Assembly (NCBI GenBank): GCA_963422205.2
Contig: CAXMWX010000005.1
Location: 672,001 to 736,000 of the forward strand
Origin: Gammaproteobacteria bacterium
GTDB taxonomy: Bacteria; Pseudomonadota; Gammaproteobacteria; Eutrophobiales; Eutrophobiaceae
Length of the DNA: 64,000 bases
Direction: 5' to 3'
Positions 33,775-45,768 of this stretch are shown here, one piece after another. Position numbers and translations under genes: made by a program. The stretch's first letter is position 1, and each line of letters starts with the position of its first letter. The notes below the pieces were generated by a model, which was not told where the DNA came from, did not search any database, and saw only the letters and a list, made by a program, of their open reading frames with translations.

Positions 33775-34731
33775 TCAGCGGGCGGCTTCCCGTCCCAGCC
33801 CTTCTTTCTCTACTGGCATCAAATCCTGCTTGCTGATCCCTAAGGCCAGCGTGATTGGGCTGGCAACATAAATGGAAGAGTACGTGCCAATAATCACGCC
33901 GACGATAAGCGCAATGGAGAAAGAATGAATGACCTCGCCGCCATAGAAGAACAGAGCCGACAAAACCAGCAAAGTAGTCAGCGAGGTGATCAAGGTGCGG
34001 CTGAGTGTCTGGTTGAGCGATGTATTGATGATATCGGTGGCAGTACCGGTTCGCATGCGCCTGAAATTCTCCCGGATGCGATCAAACACGACAATGGTAT
34101 CGTTCAGCGAATACCCAATCACGGCCAGGAGGGCGGCCAGCACCGACAGATCAAAATCAAGCTGTGTTAAGGAGAAAAATCCCAGCGTGATCAACACATC
34201 ATGCACCAAGGCGGCAATCGCACCGAGCGAGAACAAACGCTGGAAACGCAAGGCGACATAGATAAAAATACCAAACAGCGCAAAGATCATGGCCAAGCCA
34301 CCATCATTGGTCAACTCATCCCCCACCTGCGGCCCGACAAACTCCACCCGCCGCACCACCACCTCAGGATCCGTGGTACGCAACAGATTGATGATATCCT
34401 CGCTGATATCAGCGGTATTTTTCTGCTCCCTGGGCGCCAATCTGATCAACACATCCCGGGTGGTGCCGAAATACTGGACGATGGCATCGCCGTATTCAGA
34501 ACCGGCCAGCGTCGTTCGGATGGCATCCAGCTCGGCCGTTGCACCATAACCGACTTCAACCAGCGTGCCGCCGGTGAAATCGATCCCCAGATTCAACTGA
34601 CGCAGGGTCAATGATGAGATCGCTACCAGCAACAAGAGGGCTGAAAAGACGGCGGCCAGCTTGCGCCCGGCCATGAAGTCAAAGCGTATTCGAACAGCGG
34701 GTTCTTGCAGTGTATTCATCCGGGTGTTCAT
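33775..34731 (-). CDS. secF: Protein translocase subunit SecF
   Basis: Motifs GIDFTGG, VEFVGPQVG, HDVLI and GYSLNDTIVVFDRIRE. Confidence 0.97.
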   Translation of the reverse strand: MNTRMNTLQEPAVRIRFDFMAGRKLAAVFSALLLLVAISSLTLRQLNLGIDFTGGTLVEVGYGATAELDAIRTTLAGSEYGDAIVQYFGTTRDVLIRLAPREQKNTADISEDIINLLRTTDPEVVVRRVEFVGPQVGDELTNDGGLAMIFALFGIFIYVALRFQRLFSLGAIAALVHDVLITLGFFSLTQLDFDLSVLAALLAVIGYSLNDTIVVFDRIRENFRRMRTGTATDIINTSLNQTLSRTLITSLTTLLVLSALFFYGGEVIHSFSIALIVGVIIGTYSSIYVASPITLALGISKQDLMPVEKEGLGREAAR

Positions 34732-34740
34732 CTAACCTGG

Positions 34741-36117
34741 CTAGATCGACAGCCGGTCAAGTTTTCTGCCGCCATAGATGAGGTTGATGATCGCCCGGGT
34801 CACCATGATGGCGGTGAACATGGAGCAGACAATGCCGAGAGACAAGGTCACGGCAAAGCCCTTGATCGGGCCGGTGCCGAGGCCGAACAACACCAGGGCA
34901 GCGATCAAGGTGGTAATGTTGGCATCGGCAATGGTCGACAGCGCCTTCTCATAGCCAGCATGGATACTGGCCTGGGGCGAGTTGCCGTTGTTGATCTCCT
35001 CACGAATTCGCTGAAAGATCAGCACATTGGCATCCACCGCCATGCCGACTGTCAAGACAATGCCAGCGATGCCGGGCAATGTCAGGGTGGTGGGCAGTAT
35101 TGAGAGCAGCGCCACGATGAACACCAGATTCAAGCTCAGCGCCAGGTTGGCCGCCAGGCCGAAGACCCTGTACCAGAGCAGCATGAAGATCAACACCAGG
35201 ATAAAACCAATCTGCACTGACAGCTTGCCCTTGTTGATATTGTCCTGCCCCAGGCTGGGGCCGACAGTGCGCTCCTCAATGATATAAACCGGTGCCTTCA
35301 GGGCGCCGGCGCGAAGCAACAAGGCGAGATTATTGGCCTCTTGCGAGGAGTCCAAGCCGGTTATCTGGAAGCGGGCGCCGAGTTGCTCCCGGATCGTTGC
35401 CTGATTGATCACCTCTTCAGTGACGACTTTACGCTGCACCAGCTCGCCATCCTGCTCAATCATCTCCAGCTTGTTCTCAATAAAGACCACGGCCATGAGT
35501 TTGCCCACCTCATCAATGGTCTTGTCGGCAAATATTTTTGCCCCCTTGCCATCGAGACTGATGCTCACATTGGGGCTGCCGGATGCCTGATCAAACCCGG
35601 CCCCGGCCTGGGTGATATAATCGCCGGTCAACATGATCTCTTTTTTCAGCAGCACGGGATTGCCCAGCCGGTCCCGGTACAACCTGGCACCGGCCGGCAG
35701 CCGGCCGTCCACCGCATCTGCCGGGTCATGTTCCTGATCGGTCATGCGAAATTCCAGTGTGGCTGTTGCCCCCAGAATGACCTTCGCCCGTGCGGTGTCC
35801 TGCACACCGGGCAACTGCACAACGATACGATCCGTCCCCTGCTGCTGAATGATCGGCTCGGCAACACCAAGCTCATTGACGCGCTTTTTCAAGACCACAA
35901 TATTCTGTTTTAATGCCTCACGCTGTATCTCGTTCAGCGACTGCTCCCTGATCTCTACCTGCAACTGATGTTCATCAGCGGCGGCATCCAACTCGGTCAA
36001 TACCAGTTCGGGATAATCATCTTGTATCTTCTCGATACCGGCGCGCAAATGCCCATCATCACGAAAGCGTATCAACAGGCCGCCATCCCGGTTGCGGGTG
36101 ACTGTGCGGTAACGAAT
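34741..36117 (-). pseudogene. secD: Protein translocase subunit SecD, 5'-truncated at the junction
   Basis: Motifs RVNELGVAEP, RIVVQLPGVQD, EERTVGPSLG and GMAVDANVLI. The frame stays open to IRYRTVTRNRDGG at 36117, then hits TAG (36118-36120) and AT-rich DNA. The N-terminal TM1 region is absent. Confidence 0.93.
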
Positions 36118-36120
36118 CTA
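36118..36120. other. Bacterial / animal DNA junction
   Basis: Abrupt change from coding-dense, moderate-GC sequence to AT-rich, transposon-rich, intron-containing sequence; no N gap. Confidence 0.9.
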
Positions 36121-37203
36121 TTTTTAGTTGGTTGTCAGCAGTTTAATGATCTCAACTGCTTGAACTCTTTTCGTTATTGATGACGGTTTCTACAGAATGA
36201 TTTATTTTTGGCATTAACGCCACAGCACCTCACACAATGCAGTAATTTCGACCTGTTTAAGGAGTGACGACTTGATCTTTCTTTTGTTTGTTTTTGCTTT
36301 TTTTTCACTAATTGGATTTTATAACATTGAGTGTCTACTAGAAGAGGAAAGAGGAAGAAAGTAAGCTACAAATAACCTAAAAAGACACTCTCCTCATACA
36401 AAGGAAAATTAGGAGAATAAACTGCGAAAGAAGGACGATAAAATTACCCAGTATGATTTACTTCAGGTGCCGAATTTGTTGCTGTGGAATGTGATTTGAA
36501 TAGATTGGGTTCCTTTCTCAACGACTCATGCGTAAAACAAAATGCGGTAAATAACGCACAATTACGACGGCGTTAAATTCTTTAATTACTACAATATTTT
36601 TGTTTCATCGATCAACTCACATGGGTCTATACCAAGCCTACAAACCAGTTTATGTGATTGAATCGTTTTTGTCATTACATTTGCGCACACTTGGGAATGC
36701 ATCTGTATTTTAAATGTCCGTAATCACGGGATTATTGAAATACTGGACTAGTGTAATATGTTTCAATAATTTTACGTTTGGAGTTACAAAATATGCAATA
36801 GTATATCGACATAAAAAATTATACGATGTTGAAATCACTGAATATTCAAAAGCAAAATTAGCAACACGTAGAAGCTCCATTTGATTATTTCTTTGCTGAA
36901 CGTAATGTTAAGTTCTCACAAAATAGGATGAGTCTGTGTGTAGGCCTAGGCGTCTAGTCTAGTAGTGCAAAGATATAAAACAACCCAGAACCGAAAATGA
37001 ACGCAATAGTTGAGGTATAACTCCCAATGAAACCCAAATACCTAAAATTTAGGCTGGAATGGAAGAAATTCTTCAAATTTAACCTTCCAACTCAAGAAAA
37101 CTCTTGAAACCGCCTAAAATGAAAAACGCGATTGAATCTATTAGAAAAGCCAAGTGAGACCTACCGCTTTGAATCACTGCACAACATCCAGTCATAGCGA
37201 AAT

Positions 37204-37772
37204 CAGGGTTGCCAGGCCAGTTGCGCAAAAAATGCCAAACAGCGTATAAAAATATGCCAAACGGAACCAAAATATGCCAAACAACCTTCAACAAGCGCAA
37301 ATCCTCTGATAACCTAACGCAATACTTTTTACACAAAAGGCCACATATGAAAAAATGGGTCGCACAGATTGGAAGAGCAAAAGAAAGGGTCTTCACATCC
37401 GCAGATGTCCTATTTTTTCCACTAAAAATCGGTGAAGAGCAAAAAAAGAAAAAGTCTACGGCTTGATTCACAACTGGAGTTTATATTTCTGTAAGTGCCC
37501 GCGAGCCGCATAAAATGGTTTCGCGGGCTGCAATTTTCCCACCACTGACCTAAGCAAAGACGGGTCATCCTATTTTTAGGATTTTGCGGACGCAGTTGCC
37601 AAATACAAAAAAAATGCCAAGCACTGTTGAAAAAAATGTCAAATTCATAAAAAATGCCAAAAATATGCCAAACTATGACCAATATGCCAAACAAAAATTT
37701 TCGTGCCAAACCACTTTAAAAAATGCCAAATTTTTGGAATTTGGCATAAAAAATGCCAAACTGGCAACTGTG
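37204..37772. mobile_element. Non-autonomous hAT-type element (MITE)
   Basis: TIR CAGGGTTGCCAG / CTGGCAACTGTG; exact 8-bp TSD AGCGAAAT (37196-37203, 37773-37780); many subterminal ATGCCAAA repeats. Confidence 0.88.
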
Positions 37773-38458
37773 AGCGAAATAACAAGGCTTCTTAATACAG
37801 TAGGGGAGAACCTCCGACATTGGGACAATTTTTCTATGGGACGCTTTGTACTAGGTCTACACGCTTCACTGATCACGCGAGAATTGATTGCGTAATTTCT
37901 GTTCCTTCGCCTTACTGTTTCAGTGAATTACACGAAGTTATAGGGTCTTGTGAGCAGAAATGGCTGATTTAGCAAGGAAAGTTTATTTTTGGGGGATCAA
38001 AGTAAATATTTTATCGTATTTTGTTTTAAAATAGTCTTCAGCGATATTGATTCACAAGGCTGGCACGATGTCAGGTAACAGCAGGGAACTTGAAGCTAGA
38101 ATCGAGATAAAAAGCGAGTGCCTACTGTGCACTCAGGTGAAATCAGCAGCGATTTTTTAAAAATGACGGTCATATCAAACATTGGGACAAATGCATGTCT
38201 TCATCAATAGGGCGCTGTCCCATTGTTGGAGTGCATGTATATAGGTGCAACTTTTGTTTACATTCTTACTTTTCACGCTAAACTGTCACTGTTGTTATTT
38301 CCATGATTTTGCTTGTTGATTTCAATGGAATCTGAACTTCAACCAACATTCTCCCGAGGCTCGCGTGAAAAGGGGAAAACTGATCCCACTACCATGAGAG
38401 CAGCAATTGAAAAAGCATTGCTAACGGGGAAGATCAGGCCAATAATTGCAAGAGAGTA

Positions 38459-39647
38459 GGGGAGAGTGGGGTTGGTTGAATCGGGGGTTGGTTGAATTAG
38501 TAAACCCTATTCCGAGACTGAAGTCACAAGTCCTGACCTGTCTACATATTTTTGCTTTGCCAGAAGTAGTCTTCGTGCATACTGAATGAAGGATGGATTG
38601 AGCAAGGCTACGTATGCCTTTTTTCGGTAGGTGCGTAAAAACATCTAAAAGTAACTTTTGATATTTCCGCAATTTTTCATTTTCTGCTTGTAAAGTCAAA
38701 ATAATTCTTGCAACTAAGGATTTTATTTACAGAACATAACGTAGGCTACTAACAGGACCAATATGGTTTTAACTTGATAAAAACTTTCTTAGGCTAGATT
38801 TTAGCTAAAATATTAAAGCATGGCGCCTTGGGGTTGGTAGCATCAGATGATTCAACCAACCCCAATAGGGAACTTTGCTAACAGCTTGACTAAGCAACAA
38901 GTTTTAATACTGCAACTAGAACTTTTCAAAAGGCTTACTGGTAGTTGAACTATAACGGGTGTTTATGAAAGATTAGTTGAATAAGATAATCATGGTGAGA
39001 AATTGGAAAGCCAAGACAAATCAAAGGAAGGATGCGGATGTAGTTAAGCGGGCTGCGCGTGAGGTTCTGGAGAATAAAATGCCAGTTCGTGGGGCAGCAA
39101 AGTTTTGGAGTTTCCTGCTACGCAATGAACCGATTCATACATGGCATTAAAGCTCGAAGATTGGTTAAAAAGTGCAATAGTTGGGCCCATGAATTATGCA
39201 CCGACAGAGGCTAATTTATCTGCACCTCTTAAATGGTCATAAGCGCCAACTTAGAGTAGAATGTTTATCATGTAGTGTGCGCTACAAACACTGACTTTTC
39301 GTTGTGTGCGCTATTTATCGTGTTCGTTGCTGTTAGTTAATGTGTTGAGCATAATACAATGAACTAAAAAATAAAACAAATATTTGGTAATTGAAAGAAA
39401 TTGCAAATCGAAAGTGATTTAACCAACCCCATCGTACGATTCAACCAACCCCGTGTGGGCAAAAAATACCACCTCTAGGAAAATGCGTTTGAATCACTCA
39501 ATAAAAACTAATAACCACCAAAAAAGTATTTCATATTAAAGAGAGACGCCCTGATTTGATTTGATTAATTTTTACTGATAACGGATCTTCGCAGCAGCCG
39601 CAAGTGAAGAAAAACTGCAAGTTGAGTCAACCAACCCCACTCTCCCC
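38459..39647 (+). mobile_element. Internally deleted pogo-like element nested in the 37798-41183 element
   Basis: Perfect 21-bp TIR GGGGAGAGTGGGGTTGGTTGA / TCAACCAACCCCACTCTCCCC with TA TSD; residual HTH ORF from 38992 (MVRNWKAKT...KRAAREVLENKMPVRGAAK). Confidence 0.88.
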
Positions 39648-39689
39648 TATAATGTTGCTAGACAAACTTTGAAAAACTGGATAGATACT

Positions 39690-39889
39690 ATTATAACTGG
39701 ATGTTGTAGACTCTTTCATTGGGTATCGTTGTTTGGGGCCAGTCGCCTGCTAAAAATAGGGCACAACCTAGAAAAGAGATGAAGTCGAGATGTCCAGGTA
39801 AAGCAATGCAAAAAAGAGTCTTTACAGTCTGGAATGAGTTTAGCCTGGATTGGCCGTGCGTAGCAAGGCTGATGAGACTTTCGTTATAG
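39690..39889 (-). mobile_element. 200-bp insertion, probably the 3' end of a 5'-truncated non-LTR retroelement
   Basis: Flanked by the 12-bp direct repeat TGGATAGATACT (39678-39689, 39890-39901); no TIRs. Strand is inferred. Confidence 0.55.
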
Positions 39890-40200
39890 TGGATAGATAC
39901 TGTTGTGACAAAAAGGCACAGGCACATGGAACCCAAGACAACCTACTGAACGAACCAAATTATGCAGTTCGTGTTTTGTTTGCCAGCGCTGTTCTGTCAA
40001 GAACTTTTAAGAAATGAACTCTCTAAATTACATTCAATGTTTTGGGCTATATTAACTTTGCTTTAATGCTGATGCTAATTCTTTTCTGTTGTTTTTCAAC
40101 TTTGTTTTTAAAACACTACACGACATGCAGTAGCCTAATATCTCGTTATAGCTATGGTGATCTGGCGCGTCCGTAAATTTTTTGATTTGCAACCGTAAAA

Positions 40201-40400
40201 AAATTTTATCTTCATTATACTTGCGGTAATACGCCGAAGCGTCTAACGAGTGGCGGGGCCCATTTCCACGGCTTCGCGCCTGGGCAACATAGCTCCGAAG
40301 AAACGTCGCAACAGTGGCGAGCCGTTGGCGACACTGTGCTGATTTGACCGGCCCGGGAATCGAACTTCATACCTTCCGAACCGATAGCGTACGCTTTGCA
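40201..40400 (-). mobile_element. tRNA-derived SINE, family A
   Basis: B-box GTTCGATTC on the minus strand, followed by a body shared with copies at 48961-49325 and 60894-61325. Confidence 0.85.
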
Positions 40401-40439
40401 TCCGCAGCTTGGTATAATCATTATACCAGTAGCTCTAAG

Positions 40440-40607
40440 CAGGGGCGTCGCCAGCTCATCGGGATCGAGGAAGAGGGAAAAGTCAACTGTAGAGGGGCCA
40501 GGGACCTTGTTTCAGTCTATTTTTTTTTAATTCCTTTTTCGATCAGGGGGGAAAGCTGCCAATTTGGAGACCGAGCCCCCTTGGCCTTCCCGCTGACAAC
40601 GTGCCTG
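40440..40607. mobile_element. Small degenerate hAT-type MITE
   Basis: CAGGGGCGTCGCCAG / CTGACAACGTGCCTG ends; diverged 8-bp TSD GCTCTAAG/ACTCTAAA. Confidence 0.55.
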
Positions 40608-43600
40608 ACTCTAAAGTGTTGCAAACGTTACGTAATACATTGAAACGTTAAAAGGAAGTTCAACTGAAGACTGTGGTGTTTTAATTTTGATAATCGATGT
40701 TCAAAGTTTTCTATTTCGTTATATTGTTAATTGAATTTCATTTTATGTCTGACTCTTTCAAGTACAAGACAGATCGTTAGCCGGTGGGGGCATGACACTA
40801 CAGTAAGCATCTCTGTCTGCGTCACCAATTGCTTTAAATACCTAGTTATCTTGTTTGATGGCGAAAAAGACCTTTACAATACGCCAAAGGTTTGTTTCGA
40901 TCTACATTGCCTGTTTGTGCCGTTCCAAACTTCATGTCCCATTAATAAAACTGCATTGTCCCGTTGCATGAACCACTTCCACCAGTGGGACAATTTTAAA
41001 CCTCTCAGAAAAATGATCACCTGTTTTAACTCAGCGTAGATAGAGAAATCCAACCAAGTGCTATTTGAAGAGTACATCAATGACCATGGTTGCATCTAAA
41101 AAAAACGCTGACTTGCCGTAATCTTCACTCACAAATGACCAAAATGTAAAAATTGTCCCAATGATGGAGGTTCTCTTCTACAGTATTTGAAATGAAATAT
41201 GATGTAGCTTCACGGAGCAACGGCGATTTAGCTTTTTGGAACAAATTGGCGTAGGAAACTTTTTCAAAAATAAAAAAGTTTTTCATTACCATAGTAGGCC
41301 TACTAGGTATTATTAAAAAAAAGTTTTCAGTAAAGACTATTTATTGCCGAGATTTATGAAGTCCAACGAAGATTGAGTTCATCGAGGGTGATGGTGGTGT
41401 GGTCTTTTCGAATGTAAGTTGTTTTGATGAAAATTATAGCCGTTGCTTTCGGGCTTGTTTTTTGTGGCTGAATACTGAGGTAAACCTTCGTTCAGAAATG
41501 TGACTTGAACTGGTAGAGCTGACTGTCTGCAACGAAACAACATCCATTTGAAGCTGCGGTAATTTCAATATGTCTGTGAGCAAAAGCCGTGAACAAGCCT
41601 ATTGCACGCAAATAACTTGAGATGCTGTAGGCCTTGCCTCAATTTATTGTTTCTAAGGGAAAAGAAGGCCGTACAATGATACTGTGCGTTAGTTTCTGCC
41701 CAAAGTAAATGCAAGAAGTGACTCGCCATCGCCGCAGCGTTCTTATACAATGGTGTTGTTTCGCGGAGGTGGACAATTGGGCACCGCTTATTGCTCGTCT
41801 CAGGGTAAAACAAAACCATAAAGAAAATGAAAGAATGAATATTTTAATCAGAAAAAACTTCAAATTTTTGCATAAAAAAACATTTATAGCCCTATCGTTC
41901 AGATCAACTTTTAATATAAAATTTTAAAAAACCTCCACAGCCTGTTTCTCGCTAAGCGCGGTCCTCAGGAGGTATCTTATTCAAATAGAATTGAGCTCTC
42001 TGCTGTTCGTACCACAGATCGCCGATACAGTTTATAACACTAGATATTCACCATTCAGTTCAAGCTTTACGGTATATCAATAGCTTACATAATCGACTTA
42101 GAATACTCACTCACCGGCAAGCGCATCCCATTCTGGTATTTTCAATTTTAGTACAGGTAATACCAGCTCTTCTGTCATTTCTGACTATTGCTCGCCCAAG
42201 CGTGTTCCCTTGTAATTCTGGAGGAGCAGCTGCATTTGCAAGAAAAAATTTTGTACCACGAGTGCCATTTTTGAAATTATTTTTGCAAGTAGCCTAAACC
42301 TAATTGCTTCATGTCGTTGACGTATTGCAAACTTCACCAGTTCCTCAATAGCATTATTTTCATAACACGGCTGCCACGTTATTAATAAAGTGACAAGTGA
42401 TATATTTTGAGTTTACAATCCTATGATGAAACCGTCTTAGTTCTGCACTTATGATCATTTGGTGTGTGAATTTATTGCAACACGTGACGAGAGATATTTA
42501 GAATATGCAGAACTTTCGTTGTTTATCGCAGGTTTTGATTAGAATTGTTTGATATGCTGAAACCATTCTCGAACTTTCTAGAACAGTGGTTCTTAAACCG
42601 GGTTTGATCGAACCCCCGGGGTTCGATGAGTCGGTTCCAGGGGGTCGGCGGACATAAAAAAACTGAAGGCTCCTACCATTACGTAGAAAAACGCAGCGTG
42701 ATCTGATTTTTTTATTTTGCAAAAAACTAATGTGTAGTCTTTGGTGATTATTGATTTGTAACATCAATTAACACAAGTAAGTTTTTCATAACTTGGCAAA
42801 TTCTGCGTTTTACACAACCTTGGGTGTGCACTGCGCAACTACAAAATAAGTACTATTATTACGTAACTTGATTGAAGAAACAATGAATGTGAATTTATCC
42901 AAGGAGCGGCAAGCAGTCCTAGCACTCTGTGTTGGGTATTGTGTTAGTAATGTCGGAGCACATTCTCTACTTTTTATGTTTGGAGGTTATGCAGTAGTTT
43001 GTCGTTCGCGTCAGTTGAAGTTCAGAACAAGAGCGCGCACTTTATCGAGATAAATTAATCATAAATAAGGCTAATAGCCTAGTACTGTTTATATTTTACT
43101 TGAACTGTAACCCTTTTGTTAAGAGACTGCAGTTGGTAGATTTTAATTAGAAAACTTTAGGTAAGCAACCGCAACAGGGGCGGATTAAGAGATTGCGGGG
43201 CCCGGGGCAGATAAGAGTGCGAGGCCCCTAATTATGAACGGCGAAACCAACTAATGTCCTTTTGGATATTAAAGTTTATTGACATCACAATCAACCAGCA
43301 ATTTTATTAAGTTTATCAAACTCAGGTTTGGGTCGTGCTAAAAATATATTAATGTTGACAACAAATTTTCATTTTGACTATGAATGTAGATCAAAGAGGT
43401 TGAGTCCAATTTGCTGCATTGACATATTAAAAAAAGTTAAATGTTTTAATTTTGTTAAAAATTCACTTTCAAAAAAGGCCAAGCATGGAACAAAATTTTC
43501 GCACTGTTTCAAAGGCGAAGATATACAACACCAAAAAACAAAATAATAAACAACATAGAGAGTGCTATACGCTAAGGCTAGTTGCTGTGCTGGCTTCTTC

Positions 43601-43930
43601 GGTTTGATTATCATAGCTCAAAGATTGAATGGATGTAGAATCAGCTAACTGCTCGTTTGCATTGGAAAAGAGGCGACTTATTGCCTTCAACTTGCCTTCA
43701 ACTTCTCTTAATTTTACCTCTCTTTCCTCTGTTTTTACGTGTTTGACTTCCACTCTCATACTTTTGACCCAAGTCACGAATTCTTCCAGTCGTGAGCACT
43801 TTTATAAGAAACACTCTGCAGTGGTCACGGAAGCTCAACTATCTTAATTTTCAAATAGGCCTATTGCTATAATTATGAGTACCGATAAGTTTCTGTAATT
43901 CCAAAATTTGCCTAACTTTGGGCTAAGTTT

Positions 43931-44241
43931 AACAGCTCAGATGGCCAAGTGGTTAGAGCGTTTGCCTCGGGAGCTGTAGCTTTGGGTTCGATTCCAATTC
44001 GGGTCAAACCAATGACTTTAAACTTTAAAATTGGTATTCACAGCTTCTCTGCTTGACGCTCAGCATGAAAGGGACAGTGTGGAAAACAGGTTGGCAAGTT
44101 TACTTGTTGTGCCGTTGGGAAGGGCACTTAGCGGGATTCCCCCATCTTAGTGTGGTAGGCAGAGGCTGGCAACTCCTAAGCGAGCTCGTTATTGCGCATT
44201 GATCGCTTTCGCGTGATAGGAGGATGAATATGCAACTAAAT
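43931..44241 (+). mobile_element. tRNA-derived SINE, family B (near full length)
   Basis: A-box TGGCCAAGTGG and B-box GGTTCGATTCC. Body is shared with copies at 44924-45056, 46405-46500, 50300-50590, 51638-51768 and 60114-60222. Confidence 0.85.
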
Positions 44242-44707
44242 TCGAAGTACAAAAGTGCGAAGATCCGACACCCCGAAGCCTTTAAAGTTATTACGTTGTG
44301 ATAAAAGTATTTTACTTACGGCTTTAAGGCATTAACGTCGTGACTTCAAAAAAACTTACGACTTCAATGCATTTTCGTTGTACTAATACGTAAAAGTGCA
44401 ACTATGAACCGGCCTTAATTTTCTGGTATCATGCATTATCGCCTGCTATAGCTCATTAAGTTTCCAGCGAATTGAGATACAGCTTGTAATGAAATAGGCA
44501 AATAGCTTATAAATTTATTGAATATTTTTGAACAACTTGTAAATTTAAGCAAATTTAAATTTGTCTGCAATCTGCACGCTTCTAAATATAGGCCAGAAGG
44601 CCAAAGCGTTTTTAAAAATTTGACGGTCGATTGCAGCCTTTAATGTAAATGCAATTATACCAGTCACTTTGTACTGTGACATTACAGTTACCTTGCAATA
44701 TTGCGAG

Positions 44708-45313
44708 CAAGGGTGGAAACTCAAATCTAAACCTCAAAACCGGGTTTTAAAGAAACCAAAACTGAAACTGACTCCTACTTGGCCAAATTTTTGAAAACCT
44801 AAACTTGAACTTAAACCGTTTTTTCTCGAAACGTCAAAACCGAAACTGAAACTAAAATTTGTTCAAAAATTTCTAAGGTTTTGGGTTTTAAAAGTTGTCA
44901 CCACCATCATTACCAGTAGAGTTCCTTTAATGCTAAGCGTCAAATAGAGAAGCTGTGCATACCAATTTTTGAGTCTTTGGTTTCACCGGACTCGGAGGTA
45001 CACCCAAGTCAACAATTTCTGAAGCACTTGCTCTCCTCACTCGGCCATCTGAGCTGCCACTTATCATCGCAATAAAACAAAAACGCCAAGAAGTAGCGCA
45101 TTTAAATAACCCGTATTCAAAATAAAATAGATTTATTGGATGAAACTTAGACCGAAACTGAAACCCAGAAACCGAAGCTGTGCGTATGCAAAACTGAAAC
45201 CTAATTTTTAGCAGTCGTGAAACCAAACCAAAACTGAAACTGGACATATGGGCTTTAACACATCGACACTGAAACTGACACCCTAACGCCAAGTAGCTAG
45301 GTTTCCACCCTTG
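44708..45313. mobile_element. hAT-type MITE nested in 43175-45553, itself containing a SINE B fragment
   Basis: TIR CAAGGGTGGAAAC / GTTTCCACCCTTG; TSD ATTGCGAG/ATTGCAAG; internal AAACTGAAAC repeats. Confidence 0.82.
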
Positions 45314-45768
45314 ATTGCAAGCCTGTTCTAATTTTTTTTTTTTTTTTATTCCAATTATTGCCGTATCGGTAGGTAAATATTTTGATTTTTTAGTTCAAAG
45401 TTTGCTAGTAATGCAGATTATAAGGTTGTAAAATCTTATACCTTAGTTTAATGCAATTGCTAATAGAGCTAGAAATTAGTAAATGCGCGGGCTACCCCAA
45501 AGTGCGGGACCCGGGGCAACTGCCTAGTTTGCCCATTGCTTAATCCGGCCCTGAACCGCTATTACAGGCGCTAATGTACAATTTTCTTCGTTTGATTTAG
45601 ATTTAATTTATTTTAGATATTAATCATTTCTACAGCATTTTCATTCTTTCGTACTAGGCTACTATCTACTGTATGTCGAGCAAAAGAAGAAAGTGGTCAG
45701 AAGAATATGTACAATTTGGATTAACGTATTTCACGGACCATGATTGGAGTCAGCGTTATCAGTGCATG

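Larger units (their letters stand above)
37798..41183 (+). mobile_element. Decayed pogo-like (Tc1/mariner superfamily) DNA transposon hosting nested insertions
   Basis: Imperfect ~35-bp TIRs (CAGTAGGGGAGAACCTCCGACATTGGGACAATTTTT / AAAAATTGTCCCAATGATGGAGGTTCTCTTCTACAG) with TA flanks. A split psq-type HTH reading frame starts at 38394. Confidence 0.75.
43175..45553 (-). mobile_element. Nested non-autonomous hAT element
   Basis: TIR CAGGGGCGGATTAAG / CTTAATCCGGCCCTG; TSD AACCGCAA/AACCGCTA; weak transposase-like remnants on the minus strand at 43378-43777. Confidence 0.8.

Noticed and set aside
35968-36180. Plus-strand ORF crossing the junction as a chimeric fusion gene
   Set aside because: It is antisense to secD, only 70 aa, and has no recognisable motif. 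A possible acceptor (TTTTTAG at 36121-36127) cannot be supported without transcripts.
37229-37760. ATGCCAAA motifs with variable spacing resembling a repeat-spacer array
   Set aside because: The motif is too short and irregularly spaced. It lies inside a TIR/TSD-bounded hAT MITE as subterminal repeats.
43931-44010. tRNA gene
   Set aside because: A and B boxes are present, but there is no convincing cloverleaf and the sequence continues into a multi-copy SINE body.
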